NCBI RefSeq assembly: GCF_009914755.1
Contig: NC_060933.1
Source: the human T2T-CHM13v2.0 reference genome, Homo sapiens
DNA length: 64,000 nucleotides
Direction: 5' to 3' (one strand)
Of the stretch, positions 25,601 to 39,500 are shown piece by piece (positions within the stretch are counted from its first letter, which is position 1; every line of letters starts with the position of its first letter). Under the pieces are notes generated by a model. That model was not told where the DNA came from, searched no databases, and was given only the letters and a program-made list of their open reading frames with translations. The translations under genes and the position numbers were made by a program.

Positions 25601-28600
25601 ATTCCATTCCATTCCATTCCATTCCATTCCGTTCCATTCCGTTCCATTCCATTCCATTCCATTCTATTCGGATTAATTCCATTCCATTCCATTCCATTCC
25701 ATTCTATTCCATTCCATTGCAATCGAGTTGAATCCATTGCATTTCATTCCATTCCATTCCATTCCATTCCGGAAGATTCCATTCCATTGCATTCCATTCC
25801 ATTGCATTCCCCTGCACTCGCGTTGATTCTATTCCATTCCATTCCATTCCATTCCGTTCCATTCCATTCCATTCCATTCCATTCCATTCCATTCCGTTCC
25901 GTTCCATTCCAGTCCATTCCATTCTATTCGGGTTAATTCCATTCCATTCCATTCGATTGCAATCGAGTTGATTCCATTCCATTCCATTCCATTCCATTCC
26001 ATTCCATTCCATTCCTTTCCGTTCCATTACGGATGATTCCATTCCATTGCATTCCATTCCATTCCATTCCCCTGTACTCGGGTTGATTCCATTCCATTCC
26101 ATTCCAATACATGCCATTCCACTCGTGTTGATTCCATTCTTTCCATTCCATTCAAGTTGAATCCATTCCATTGCATTCCATTCCATTCGATTCCATTCGA
26201 TTGCACTCGGGTTGATTCCATTCCATTGCATTCCATTCCATTCCATTCCATTACATTCGGATTGATTCTATTCAATTCCCTTACACTCCATTCCATTCCA
26301 TTCCATTGGGGTAGTTTCCATTCCATTCCATTCCATTCCTCTCCATTCCATTGCACTCGGGTTGATTCCATTCCATTGCATTCCATTCTATTTCATTCCA
26401 TTCCATTCCGTTCCATTCCATTCCATTACATTCGGATTGATTCTATTCAACTCCCTTACTCTCCATTACATTCCATTCCATTCGGGTTGTTCCATTCCAT
26501 TCCATTCCATTCCACTTCATTCCATTGCACTCAGGTTGATTCCATTCCATTCCATTCCATTCCGGAAGATTCCATTCCATTGCATTCCATTACATTCCAT
26601 TCCCCTGCACTCGCGTTGATTCCATTCCATTCCATTCCATTCCATTCCATTCCATTCCATTCCATTCCTTTCCGTTCCATTCCATTCCATTCCATTCCAT
26701 TCCGTTCCGTTCCGTTCCAATCCATTCCATTCCATTCTATTCGGGTTAATTCCATTCCATTTCATTCGATTGCAATCGAGTTGATTCCATTCCATTCCAT
26801 TCCATTCCATTCCATTCCATTCCATTACGGATGATTCCATTCCATTGCATTCCATTCCCCTGTATTCGGGTTGATTCCATTCCATTCCATTCCAATCCAT
26901 GCCATTCCACTCGTGTTGATTCCATTCTTTCCATTCCATTCAAGTTGAATCCATTCCATAGCATTCCATTCCATTCGATTCCATTCGATTGCACTCGGGT
27001 TGATTCCATTCCATTGCATTCCATTCCATTCCATTTCATTCCATTCCATTCCTTTCCATTCCATTCCATTCCATTCAATTCCATTGCAATCGAGTTGATT
27101 CCATTCCATTCCTTTCCATTCCATTCCATTGCCTTGCATTCCACTCGGGTTGATTCCATTCCCTTCTTTCCACTCCATTACATTCCCTTCCATTTCACTC
27201 GCAATGATTGATTCCATTCCATTCCATTCCATTTCATTCCATTGCAATCCATTCCAATCCATTCCATTCCATTCCATTCCACTCGAGTTGATTTCATTCC
27301 ATTCCATTCCATTCCATTCCATTCCTTTCCACTCGAGTTGATTCCATTCCATGCCATTCCATTGCATTCCATTCCATGCCATTCCACTCGCGTTGATTCC
27401 ATTCCATTCCATTCCATTCCATTCCATTCCATTCCATTCCATTGCATTCCATTCCATTCCATTCCCCTACACTCGGGTTGATTCCATTCCATTCCATTCC
27501 ATTTAATTCCATTCCATTCCATTCCATTCCATTCCAATCCGTTCCATTCCATTCCATTCCATTCTATTGCAATCGACTTGATTCCATTCCATTCCATTCC
27601 ATTTTGTTCCAATCCATTCTATTCCGAACCATTCCATTCCATTCCATTCCATTCCATTCCATTCCATTCCATTCCACTCCATTCCATTGCACTCGGGTTT
27701 ATTCCATTCCATTCCATTCCATTCCATTCCATTCCATTCCATTCCGGAAGATTCCATTCCATTGCATTCCATTCCATTCCATTCCCCTGCATTCGCGTTG
27801 ATTACATTCCATTCCATTCCATTCCATTCTATTCCATTCCTTTCCGTTCCATTCCATTCCATTCCATTCCATTCCAATCCATTCCATTCCGTTCCGTTCC
27901 GTTCCATTCCATTCCATTCCATTCTATTCGGGTTAATTCCATTCCATTCCATTCGATTGCCAACGAGTTTATTCCATTCCATTCCATTCCATTCCATTCC
28001 ATTCCATTCCTTTCCATTCCATTACGGATGATTCCATTCCATTGCGTTCCATTCCATTCCATTCCCCTGTACTCGGGTTGATTCCATTCCATTCCATTCC
28101 AATCCATGCCATTCCACTCGTGTTGATTCCATTCTTTCCATTCCATTCAAGTTGAATCCATTCCATTGCATTCCATTCCATTCCATTCCATTCCCCTGCA
28201 GTCGGGTTGTTTCCATTCCATTCCATTCCATTCCATTCCATTCCATTCCGTTCCGTTCCATTCCATTCCATTGCATTCTATTCGGGTTAATTCCATTCCA
28301 TTCCATTCCATTCCATTCCAATCGAGTTGATTCCATTCCATTCCATTCCATTCCATTCCACTCCATTCCAGTCCTTTCCATTCCATTCCACTCGGGTTGA
28401 TTCCAATGTATTCCTTTCCATTCCATTCCATTCCACTGCAATCGAGTTGATTCCATTGCTTTGCATTCCATTCCATTCCATTCCATTCCGGATGATTCCA
28501 TTCCATTGCATTCCATTCCATTCCATTCCCCTGCACTCGGGTTGATTCCATTCCATTCCTCTCCATTCCGTTCCATTCCATTCCATTGCATTGTATTCAG

Positions 28601-30599
28601 GTTAATTCCATTCCATTCCATTCCATTCCATTACAATTGAGTTGATTCCATTCCATTCCATTCCATTCCAGTCCTTTCCATTCCATTCCACTCGGGTTGA
28701 TTCCATTATATTAGTTTCCATTCCATTCCATTCCGTTCCATTCCACTCTGGTTGATTCCACTCTTCCCATTCCACTCGAATACATTCCCTCTTATTCCAC
28801 TCGGAACGATTCCATTCCATTCCATTCCATTCCATTCCATTCCATTCCATTCCATTCCATTTCGTTCCATTCCATTCTTTTCCGTATCATTCCATTCCAT
28901 TCCATTACATTTCATTCCATTCCATTCCATTCCATTCCATTCCATTCCATTGTACTCGGGTTGATTCCATTCCATTGCATTCCATTCCATTCCATTCCAT
29001 TCCATTCCGTTGCATTCCATTCCATTACATTCGGATTGATTCTATTCAACTCCCTTACTGTCCATTACATTCCATTCCATTCGGGTTGATTCCATTCCAT
29101 TCCATTCCATTCCATTCCATTCCATTCCATTCCGGATGATTCCATTCCGTTGCATTCCGTTCCATTACATTCCCCTGAACTCGCGTTGATTCCATTCCAT
29201 TCCATTCCATTCCATTCAATTCCATTCCATTACAATTCGTTCCATTCCATTCTATTCCGTACCATTCCATTCCATTCCATACCATTCCATTCCATTCCAT
29301 TCCATTCCATTCCGTTCCATTCCGTTCCATTCCATTCTATTCGGGTTAATTCCATTCCATTCCATTCCATTCCATTCCATTCCATTCCATTCTATTCCAT
29401 TCCATTGCAATCGAGTTGAATCCATTGCATTTCATTCCATTCCATTCCATTCCATTCCATTCCATTCCGGAAGATTCCATTCCATTGCATTCCATTCCAT
29501 TCCATTCCCCTGCACTCGCGTTTATTCCATTCCATTCCATTCCATTCCATTCCATTCCGTTCCGTTCCGTTCCATTCCATTCCATTCCATTCCGTTCCGT
29601 TCCATTCCATTCCATTCCATTCTATTCGGGTTAATTCCATTCCATTCCATTCGATTGCATTCGAGTTGATTCCATTCCATTCCATTCCATTCCATTCCAT
29701 TCCATTCCATTCCTTTCCATTCCATTCCGGATGATTCCATTCCATTGCATTCCATTCCATTCCATTCCCCTGTACACGGGTTGATTCCATTCCATTCCAT
29801 TCCAATCCATGCCATTCCACTCGTGTTGATTCCATTCTTTCCATTCCATTCAAGTTGAATCCATTCCATTGCATTCCATTCCATTCGATTCCATTCGATT
29901 GCACTCGGGTTGATTCCATTCCATTGCATTCCATTCCATTCCATTCCATTCCATTCCATTCCGTTCCTTTCCATTTCATTACATTCAGATTGATTCTATT
30001 CAATTCCCTTACACTCCATTATATTCCAATCCATTCTGGTTGTTTCCATTCCATTCCATTCCATTTCACTCCATTCCATTGCACTCGGGTTGATTCCATT
30101 CCATTCCATTCCATTGCATTCCATTCCATTCCATTCCGGATGATTCCATTCCATTGCATTCCTTTCCATTCCATTCCCCTGCACTCGTGTTGATTCCATT
30201 CCATTCCATTCCATTCCATTCCATTCCGTTCCATTCCATTCCATTCCATTCCATTCCATTCCATTGTACTCGGGTTGATTCAATTCCATTGCATTCCATT
30301 CCATTCCATTCCATTCCATTCCGTTGCATTCCATTGCATTACATTCGGATTGATTCTATTCAACTCCCTTACTCTCCATTACATTCCATTCCATTCTGGT
30401 TGTTCCATTCCATTCCATTCCATTCCACTCCATTCCATTGCACTCGGGTTGATTCCATTCCATTCCATTCCATTCCATTCCATTCCGGATGATTCCATTC
30501 CATTGCATTCCTTTCCATTACATTCCCCTGGACTCGCGTTGATTCCATTCCATTCCATTCCATTCCATTCCATTCCATTCCATTCCTTTCCATTCCATT

Positions 30600-33500
30600 A
30601 CGGATGATGCCATTCCATTGCATTCCATTCCATTCCATTCCCCTGTACTCGGGTTGATTCCATTCCATTCCATTCCAATCCATGCCATTCCACTCGTGTT
30701 GATTCCATTCTTTCCATTCCATTCAAGTTGAATCCATTCCATTGCCTTCCATTCCATTCCATTCCCCTGCAGTCGGGTTGATTCCATTCCATTCCATTCC
30801 ATTCCATTCCATTCCATTCCATTCCATTCCATTCCGTTCCGTTCCGTTCCATTCCATTCCATTCCATTCTATTCGGGTTAATTCCATTCCATTCCATTCC
30901 ATTCCAATCGAGTTGATTCCATTCCATTCCATGCCATTCCATTCCACTCCATTCCAGTCCTTTCCTTTCCATTCCACTCGGGTTGATTCCAATGTATTCC
31001 TTTCCATTCCATTCCATTCCATTGCAATCGAGTTGATTCCATTGCTTTGCATTCCATTCCATTCCATTCCATTCCGGATGATTCCATTCCTTTGCATTCC
31101 ATTCCATTCCATTCCCCTGCACTCGGGTTGATTCCATTCCATTCCATTCCATTCCATTCCATTCAATTCCATTCCATTTCGTTCCATTCCATTCTATTCC
31201 GTATCATTCCATTCCATTCCATTCCATTCCATTCCATTCCATTCCATTCCATTCCATTCCACTGTGCTCGGGTTGATTCAATTCCATTGCATTCCATTCC
31301 ATTCCATTCCATTCCATTCCATTCCGTTGCATTCCATTCCATTACATTCGGATTGATTCTATTCAACTCCCTTACTCTCCATTACATTCCATTCCATTCT
31401 GGTTGTTCCATTCCATTCCATTCCATTCCACTCCATTCCATTGCACTCGGGTTGATTCCATTCCATTCCATTCCATTCCATTCCATTCCGGATGATTCCA
31501 TTCCATTGCATTCCTTTCCATTACATTCCCCTGCACTCGCGTTGATTCCATTCCGTTCCATTCCATTCCATTCAATTCCATTCCATTACAATTCGTTCCA
31601 TTCCATTCTATTCCGTACCATTCCATTCCATTCCATACAATTCCATTCTATTCCATTCCATTCCATTCCATTCCGTTCCATTCCATTCCATTGCATTCCA
31701 TTCCATTCTATTCGGATTAATTCCATTCCATTCCATTCCATTCCATTCTATTCCATTCCATTGCAATCGAGTTGAATCCATTGCATTTCATTCCATTCCA
31801 TTCCATTTCATTCCATTCCGGAAGATTCCATTCCATTGCATTCCATTCCATTCCATTCCCCTGCACTCGCGTTGATTCCATTCCATTCCATTCCATTCCA
31901 TTCCGTTCCGTTCCGTTCCATTCCATTCCATTCCATTCCATTCCATTCCGTTCCGTTCCATTCCATTCCATTCCATTCCATTCTATTCGGGTTAATTCCA
32001 TTCCATTCCATTCGATTGCAATCGAGTTGATTCCATTCCATTCCATTCCATTCCATTCCATTCCATTCCATTCCATTCCATTCCTTTCCATTCCATTACG
32101 GTTGATTCCATTCCATTGCATTCCATTCCATTCCATTCCCCTGTACTCGGGTTGATTCCATTCCATTCCATTCCAATCCATGCCATTCCACTCGTGTTGA
32201 TTCCATTCTTTCCATTCCATTCAAGTTGAATCCATTCCATTGCATTCCATTCCATTCGATTCCATTTGATTGCACTCGGGTTGATTCCATTCCATTGCAT
32301 TCCATTACATTCCATTCCATTCCATTCCATTCCATTCCGTTCCATTCCATTCCATTACATTCGGATTGATTCTATTCAATTCCCTTACACTCCATTACAT
32401 TCCATTCGGGTAGTTTCCATTGCATTCCATTCCATTCCTCTCCATTCCATTGCACTCGGGTTGATTCCATTCCATTGCATTCCATTCCATTCCATTCAAT
32501 TCCATTCCGTTCCATTCCATTCCATTACATTCGGATTGATTCTATTCAACTCCCTTACTCTCCATTACATTCCATTCCATTCGGGTTGTTCCATTCCATT
32601 CCATTCCATTCCACTCCATTCCATTGCAATCGGGTTGATTCCATTCAATTCCATTCCATTCCATTCCATTCCATTCCGGAAGATTCCATTCCATTGCATT
32701 CCATTCCATTCCATTCCCCTGCACTCGCGTTGATTCCATTCCATTCCATTCTATTCCATTCCATTCCCTTCCTTTCCGTTCCATTCCATTCCATTCCATT
32801 CCATTCCGTTCCGTTCCGTTCCATTCCATTCCATTCCATTCTATTCGGGTTAATTCCACTCCATTCCATTCGATTGCAATCGAGTTGATTCCATTCCATT
32901 CCATTCCATTCCATTCCATTCCTTTCCATTCCATTATGGATGATTCCATTCCATTGCATTACATTCCATTCCATTCCGCTGTACTCGGGTTGATTCCATT
33001 CCATTCCATTCCAATCCATGCCATTCCACTCGTGTTGATTCCATTCTTTCCATTCCATTCAAGTTGAATCCATTCCATTGCATTCCATTCCATTCGATTC
33101 CATTCGATTGCACTCGGGTTGATTCCATTCCACTGCATTCCATTCCATTCCATTCCATTCCATTCCATTCCATTCCATTCCATTCCATTACATTCGGATT
33201 GATTCTATTCAATTCCCTTAGACTCCATTACATTCCATTCCATTCGGGTAGTTTCCATTCCATTCCATTCCATTCCTCTCCATTCCATTGAACTCGGGTT
33301 GATTCCATTCCATTCCATTCCATTCCATTCCATTCCATTCCATTCCATTCCATTCCAATCGAGTTGATTCCATTCCATTCCATTCCATTCCATTCCACTC
33401 CATTCCAGTCCTTTCCATTCCATTCCACTCGGGTTGATTCCAATGTATTCCTTTCCATTCCATTCCATTCCATTGCAATCGAGTTGATTCCATTGGTTTG

Positions 33501-36500
33501 CATTCCATTCCATTCCATTCCATTCCGGATGATTCCATTCCATTGCATTCCATTCCATTCCATTCCTCTCCATTCCATTGCACTCGGGTTGATTCCATTC
33601 CATTCCATTCCATTCCATTCCATTCCATTCCATTACATTCCATTCCTTTCCTTTGTACTCGGGTTGATTCCATTCCATTGCATTCCATTCCATTCCATTC
33701 CATTCCATTCCATTCCATTCCATTCCATTCCGTTCCATTCCATTACATTCGGATTGATTCTATTCAGCTCGCTTACTCTCCATTCCATTCCATTCCATTC
33801 GGGTTGTTCCATTCCATTCCATTCCATTCCACTCCATTCCATTCCATTCCATTCCGGATGATTCCATTCCATTGCATTCCGTTCCATTACACTCCCTTGC
33901 ACTCGGGTTGATTCCATTCCATTCCATTCCATTCCATTCGATTCCATTCCATTCCAATTCTTTCCATTCCATTCTATTCCGTACCATTCCATTCCATTCC
34001 ATACAATTCCATTCCATTCCATTCCACTCCGTTCCGTTCCTTTCCGTTCTGTTCCGTTCCATTCCATTCCATTCCATTCTATTCGGTTTAATTCCATTCC
34101 ATTCCATTCCATTCCATTCCATTCCATTCTATTCCATTCCATTGCAATCTAGTTGAATCCATTGCATTCCATTCCATTCCATTCCATTCCATTCCGGAAG
34201 ATTCCATTCCATTGCATTCCATTCCATTCCATTCCATTCCATTCCATTCCATTCCATTGTACTCGGGTTGATTCCATTCCATTGCATTCCATTCCATTCC
34301 ATTCCATTCCGTTCCATTCCATTCCATTACATTCGGATTGATTCTTTTCAACTCCCTTACTCTCCATTACATTCCATTCCATTCGGGTTGTTCCATTCCA
34401 TTCCATTCCATTCCACTCCATTCCATTGCACTCGGGTTGATTCCATTCCATTCCATTCCGGATGATTCCATTCCATTGCATTCCGTTCCATTACATTCCC
34501 CTGCACTCGGGTTGATTCCATTCCATTCCTTTCCATTCCATTCGATTCCATTCCATTCCCCTGCACGCGCGTTGATTCCATTCCATTCCATTCCATTCCA
34601 TTCATTCCATTCCATTCCATTCCTTTCCGTTCCATTCCATTCCATTCCATTCCGTTCCGTTCCATACCATTCCATTCCATTCTATTCGGGTTAATTCCAT
34701 TCCATTCCATTCGATTGCAATCGAGTTGATTCCATTCCATTCCATACTTTCGATTGCAATCGAGTTGATTCCATTCCATTCCATTCCATTCCATTCCATT
34801 CCAGTCCTTTCCATTCCTTTCCATTCCATTACTGATGATTCCATTCTATTGCATTCCATTCTATTCCATTCCCCTGTACTCGGGTTGATTCCATTCCATT
34901 CCATTCCAATCCATGCCATTGCACTCGTGTTGATTCCATTCTTTCCTTTCCATTCAAGTTGAATCCATTCCATTGCATTCCATTCCATTCGATTCCATTC
35001 GATTGCACTCGGGTTGATACCATTCCATTGCATTCCATTCCATTCCATTCCATTCCGTTCCATTCCATTTCATTACATTCAGATTGATTCTATTCAATTC
35101 CCTTACACTCCAATATATTCCAATCCATTCTGGTTGTTTCCATTCCATTCCATTCCATTTCACTCCATTCCATTGCACTCGGGTTGATTCCATTCCATTC
35201 CATTCCATTGCATTCCATTCCATTCCATTCCGGATGATTCCATTCCATTGCATTCCATTCCATTCCATTCGCCTGCACTCGGGTTGATTCCATTTCATTC
35301 CATTCCATTACATTCCGTTCCATTCCATTCCATTCCATTCGGATTGATTCTATTCAATTCCCTTACGCTCCATTACATTCCATTCCATTCGGGTAGTTTC
35401 CATTCCATTCCATTCCATTCCTCTCCATTCCATTGAACTCGGGTTGATTCCATTCCATTCCATTCCATTCCATTCCATTCCATTCCATTCCATTACATTA
35501 CATTCCATTCCATTCCGTTCCATTGTACTCGGGTTGATTCCATTCCATTGCATTCCATTCCATTCCATTCCATTCCATTCCATTCCATTCCGTTCCATTC
35601 CATTACATTCGGATTGATTCTATTCAACTCCCTTAGTCTCCATTACATTCCATTCCATTCGGGTTGTTCCATTCCATTCCATTCCATTCCACTCCATTCC
35701 ATTGCACTCGGGTTGATTCCATTCCATTCCATTCCATTCCATTCCATTCCATTCCATTCCATTCCCCTGCACTCGCGTTGATTCCATTCCATTCCATTCT
35801 ATTCCATTCCATTCCCTTCCTTTCCGTTCCATTCCATTCCATTCCATTCCATTCCGTTCCGTTCCGTTCCATTCCATTCCATTCCATTCTATTCGGGTTA
35901 ATTCCACTCCATTCCATTCGATTGCAATCGAGTTGATTCCATTCCATTCCATTCCATTCCATTCCATTCCTTTCCATTCCATTACGGATGATTCCATTCC
36001 ATTGCATTCCATTCCATTCCATTCCGCTGTACTCGGGTTGATTCCATTCCATTACATTCCAATCCATGCCATTCCACTCGTGTTGATTCCATTCTTTCCA
36101 TTCCATTCAAGTTGAATCCATTCCATTGCATTCCATTCCATTCGATTCCATTCGATTACACTCGGGTTGATTCCATTCCACTGCATTCCGTTCCATTCCA
36201 TTCCATTCCATTCCATTCCGTTCCATTCCATTCCATTACATTCGGATTGATTCTATTCAATTCCCTTAGACTCCATTACATTCCATTCCATTCGGGTAGT
36301 TTCCATTCCATTCCATTCCATTCCTCTCCATTCCATTGAACTCGGGTTGATTCCATTCCATTCCATTCCGTTCCATTCCATTCAATTCCACTCCGTTCCA
36401 TTCCATTCCATTACATTCGGATTGATTCTATTCAACTCCCTTACTCTCCATTACATTCCATTCCATTCGGGTTGTTCCATTCCATTCCATTCCATTCCAC

Positions 36501-39500
36501 TCCATTCCATTGCACTCGGGTTTATTCCATTCCATTCCATTCCATTCCATTCCATTCCATTCCATTCCGGAAGATTCCATTCCATTGCATTCCATTCCAT
36601 TCCATTCCCCTGCACTCGCGTTGATTCCATTCCATTCCATTCCATTCCATTCCATTCCATTCCATTCCTTTCCGTTCCATTCCATTCCATTCCATTCCAT
36701 TCCAATCCATTCCATTCCGTTCCGTTCCGTTCCATTCCATTCCATTCCATTCTATTCGGGTTAATTCCATTCCATTCCGTTCGATTGCAATCGAGTTGAT
36801 TCCATTCCATTCCATTCCATTCCATTCCATTCCTTTCCATTCCATTACGGATGATTCCATTCCATTGCATTCCATTCCATTCCATTCCTCTGTACTCGGG
36901 TTGATTCCATTCCATTCCATTCCAATCCATGCCATTCCACTCGTGTTGATTCCATTCTTTCCATTTCATTCAAGTTGAATCCATTCCTTTGCATTCCATT
37001 CCATTCCATTCCCCTGCAGTCGGGTTGTTTCCATTCCATTCCATTCCATTCCCCTGCTGTCGGGTTGTTTCCATTCCATTCCATTCCATTCCATTCCATT
37101 CCATTCCGTTCCGTTCCGTTCCATTCCATTCCATTCCATTCTATTCGGGTTAATTCCATTCCATTCCATTCCATTCCATTCCATTCCAATCGAGTTGATT
37201 CCATTCCATTCCATTCCATTCCATTCCACTCCATTCCAGTCCTTTCCATTCCATTCCACTCGGGTTGATTCCAATGTATTCCTTTCCATTCCATTCCATT
37301 CCATTGCAATCGAGTTGATTCCATTGCTTTGCATTCCATTCCATTCCATTCCATTCCGGATGATTCCATTCCATTGCATTCCATTCCATTCCATTCCCCT
37401 GCACTCGGATTGATTCCATTCCATTCCACTCCATTCCGTTCCATTCCATTCCATTCCATTTTATTCGGGTTAATTCCATTCCATTCCATTCCATTCCATT
37501 CCATTCCATTCCATTCCATTACAATCTAGTTGATTCCATTCCATTCCATTCCATTCCAGTCCTTTCCATTCCATTCCACTCGGGTTGATTCCATTCTATT
37601 AGTTTCCATTCCATTCCATTCCCTTCCATTCCACTCTGGTTGATACCATTCCTTTCCATTCCACTCGAATACATTCCCTCCTATTCCACTCGGAACGATT
37701 CCATTCCATTCCATTCCATTCCATTCCATTCCATTTCGTTCCATTCCATTCTATTCCGTATCATTCCATTCCATTCCATTCCATTCCATTCCATTCCATT
37801 CCATTCCATTCCATTGTACTCGGGTTGATTCAATTCCATTGCATTCCATTCCATTCCATTCCATTCCATTCCGTTGCATTCCATTCCATTACATTCGGAT
37901 TGATTCTATTCAACTACCTTACTCTCCATTACATTCCATTCCATTCGGGTTGTTCCATTCCATTCCATTCCATTCCACTCCATTCCATTGCACTCGGGTT
38001 GATTCCATTCCATTCCATTCCATTCCATTCCATTCCGGATGATTCCATTCCATTGCATTCCTTTCCATTACATTCCCCTGCACTCGTGTTGATTCCATTC
38101 CATTCCATTCCATTCCATTCAATTCCATTCCATTACAATTCGTTCCATTCCATTCTATTCCGTACCATTCCATTCCGTTCCATACAATTCCATTCCATTC
38201 CATTCCATTCCATTCCGTTCCATTCCGTTCCATTGCATTGCATTCCATTCTATTCGGATTAATTCCATTCCATTCCATTCCATTCTATTCCATTCCATTG
38301 CAATCGAGTTGAATCCATTGCATTTCATTCCATTCCATTCCATTCCATTCCATTCCGGAAAATTCCATTCCATTGCATTCCATTCCATTCCATTCCCCTG
38401 CACTCGCGTTGATTCCATTCCATTCCATTCCATTCCATTCCGTTCCGTTCCATTCCATTCCATTCCATTCCATTCCATTCCATTCCGTTCCGTTCCATTC
38501 CATTCCATTCCATTCTATTCGGGTTAATTCCATTCCATTCCATTCGATGGCAATCGAGTTGATTCCATTCCATTCCATTCCATTCCATTCCATTCCATTC
38601 CTTTCCATTCCATTACGGTTGATTCCATTCCATTGCATTCCATTCCATTCCATTCCCCTGTACTCGGGTTGATTCCATTCCATTCCATTCCAATCCATGC
38701 CATTCCACTCGTGTTGATTCCATTCTTTCCATTCCATTCAAGTTGAATCCATTCCATTGCATTCCATTCCATTCGATTCCATTTGATTGCACTCGGGTTG
38801 ATTCCATTCCATTGCATTCCATTCCATTCCATTCCATTCCATTCCATTCCGTTCCATTCCATTCCATTACATTCGGATTGATTCTATTCAATTCCCTTAC
38901 ACTCCATTACATTCGATTCGGGTAGTTTCCATTGCATTCCATTCCATTCCTCTCCATTCCATTGCACTCGGGTTGATTCCATTCCATTGCATTCCATTCC
39001 ATTCCATTCAATTCCATTCCGTTCCATTCCATTCCATTACATTCGGATTGATTCTATTCAACTCCCTTACTCTCCATTACATTCCATTCCATTCGGGTTG
39101 TTCCATTCCATTCCATTCCATTCCACTCCATTCCATTGCACTCGGGTTGATTCCATTCCATTCCATTCCATTCCTTTCCATTCCATTCCGGAAGATTCCA
39201 TTCCATTGCATTCCATTCCATTCCATTCCCCTGCACTCGCGTTGATTCCATTCCATTCCATTCTATTCCATTCCACTCCCTTCCTTTCCGTTCCATTCCA
39301 TTCCATTCCATTCCATTCCAATCCGTTCCGTTCCATTCCATTGCATTCCATTCCATTCGATTCCATTCGATTGCAGTCGGGTTGATTCCATTCCACTGCA
39401 TTCCATTCCATTCCATTCCATTCCATTCCATTCCATTCCATTCCATTCCATTCCGTTCCATTCCATTCCATTACATTCGGATTGATTCTATTCAATTCCC

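Noticed and set aside
28698-28708. DUX4-like TAATGGAATCA on the minus strand (also ~40017 and ~62562)
   Set aside because: I noticed only about three copies, each one substitution from the ubiquitous TGATTCCATTC. This is expected by chance and is a weak motif match.
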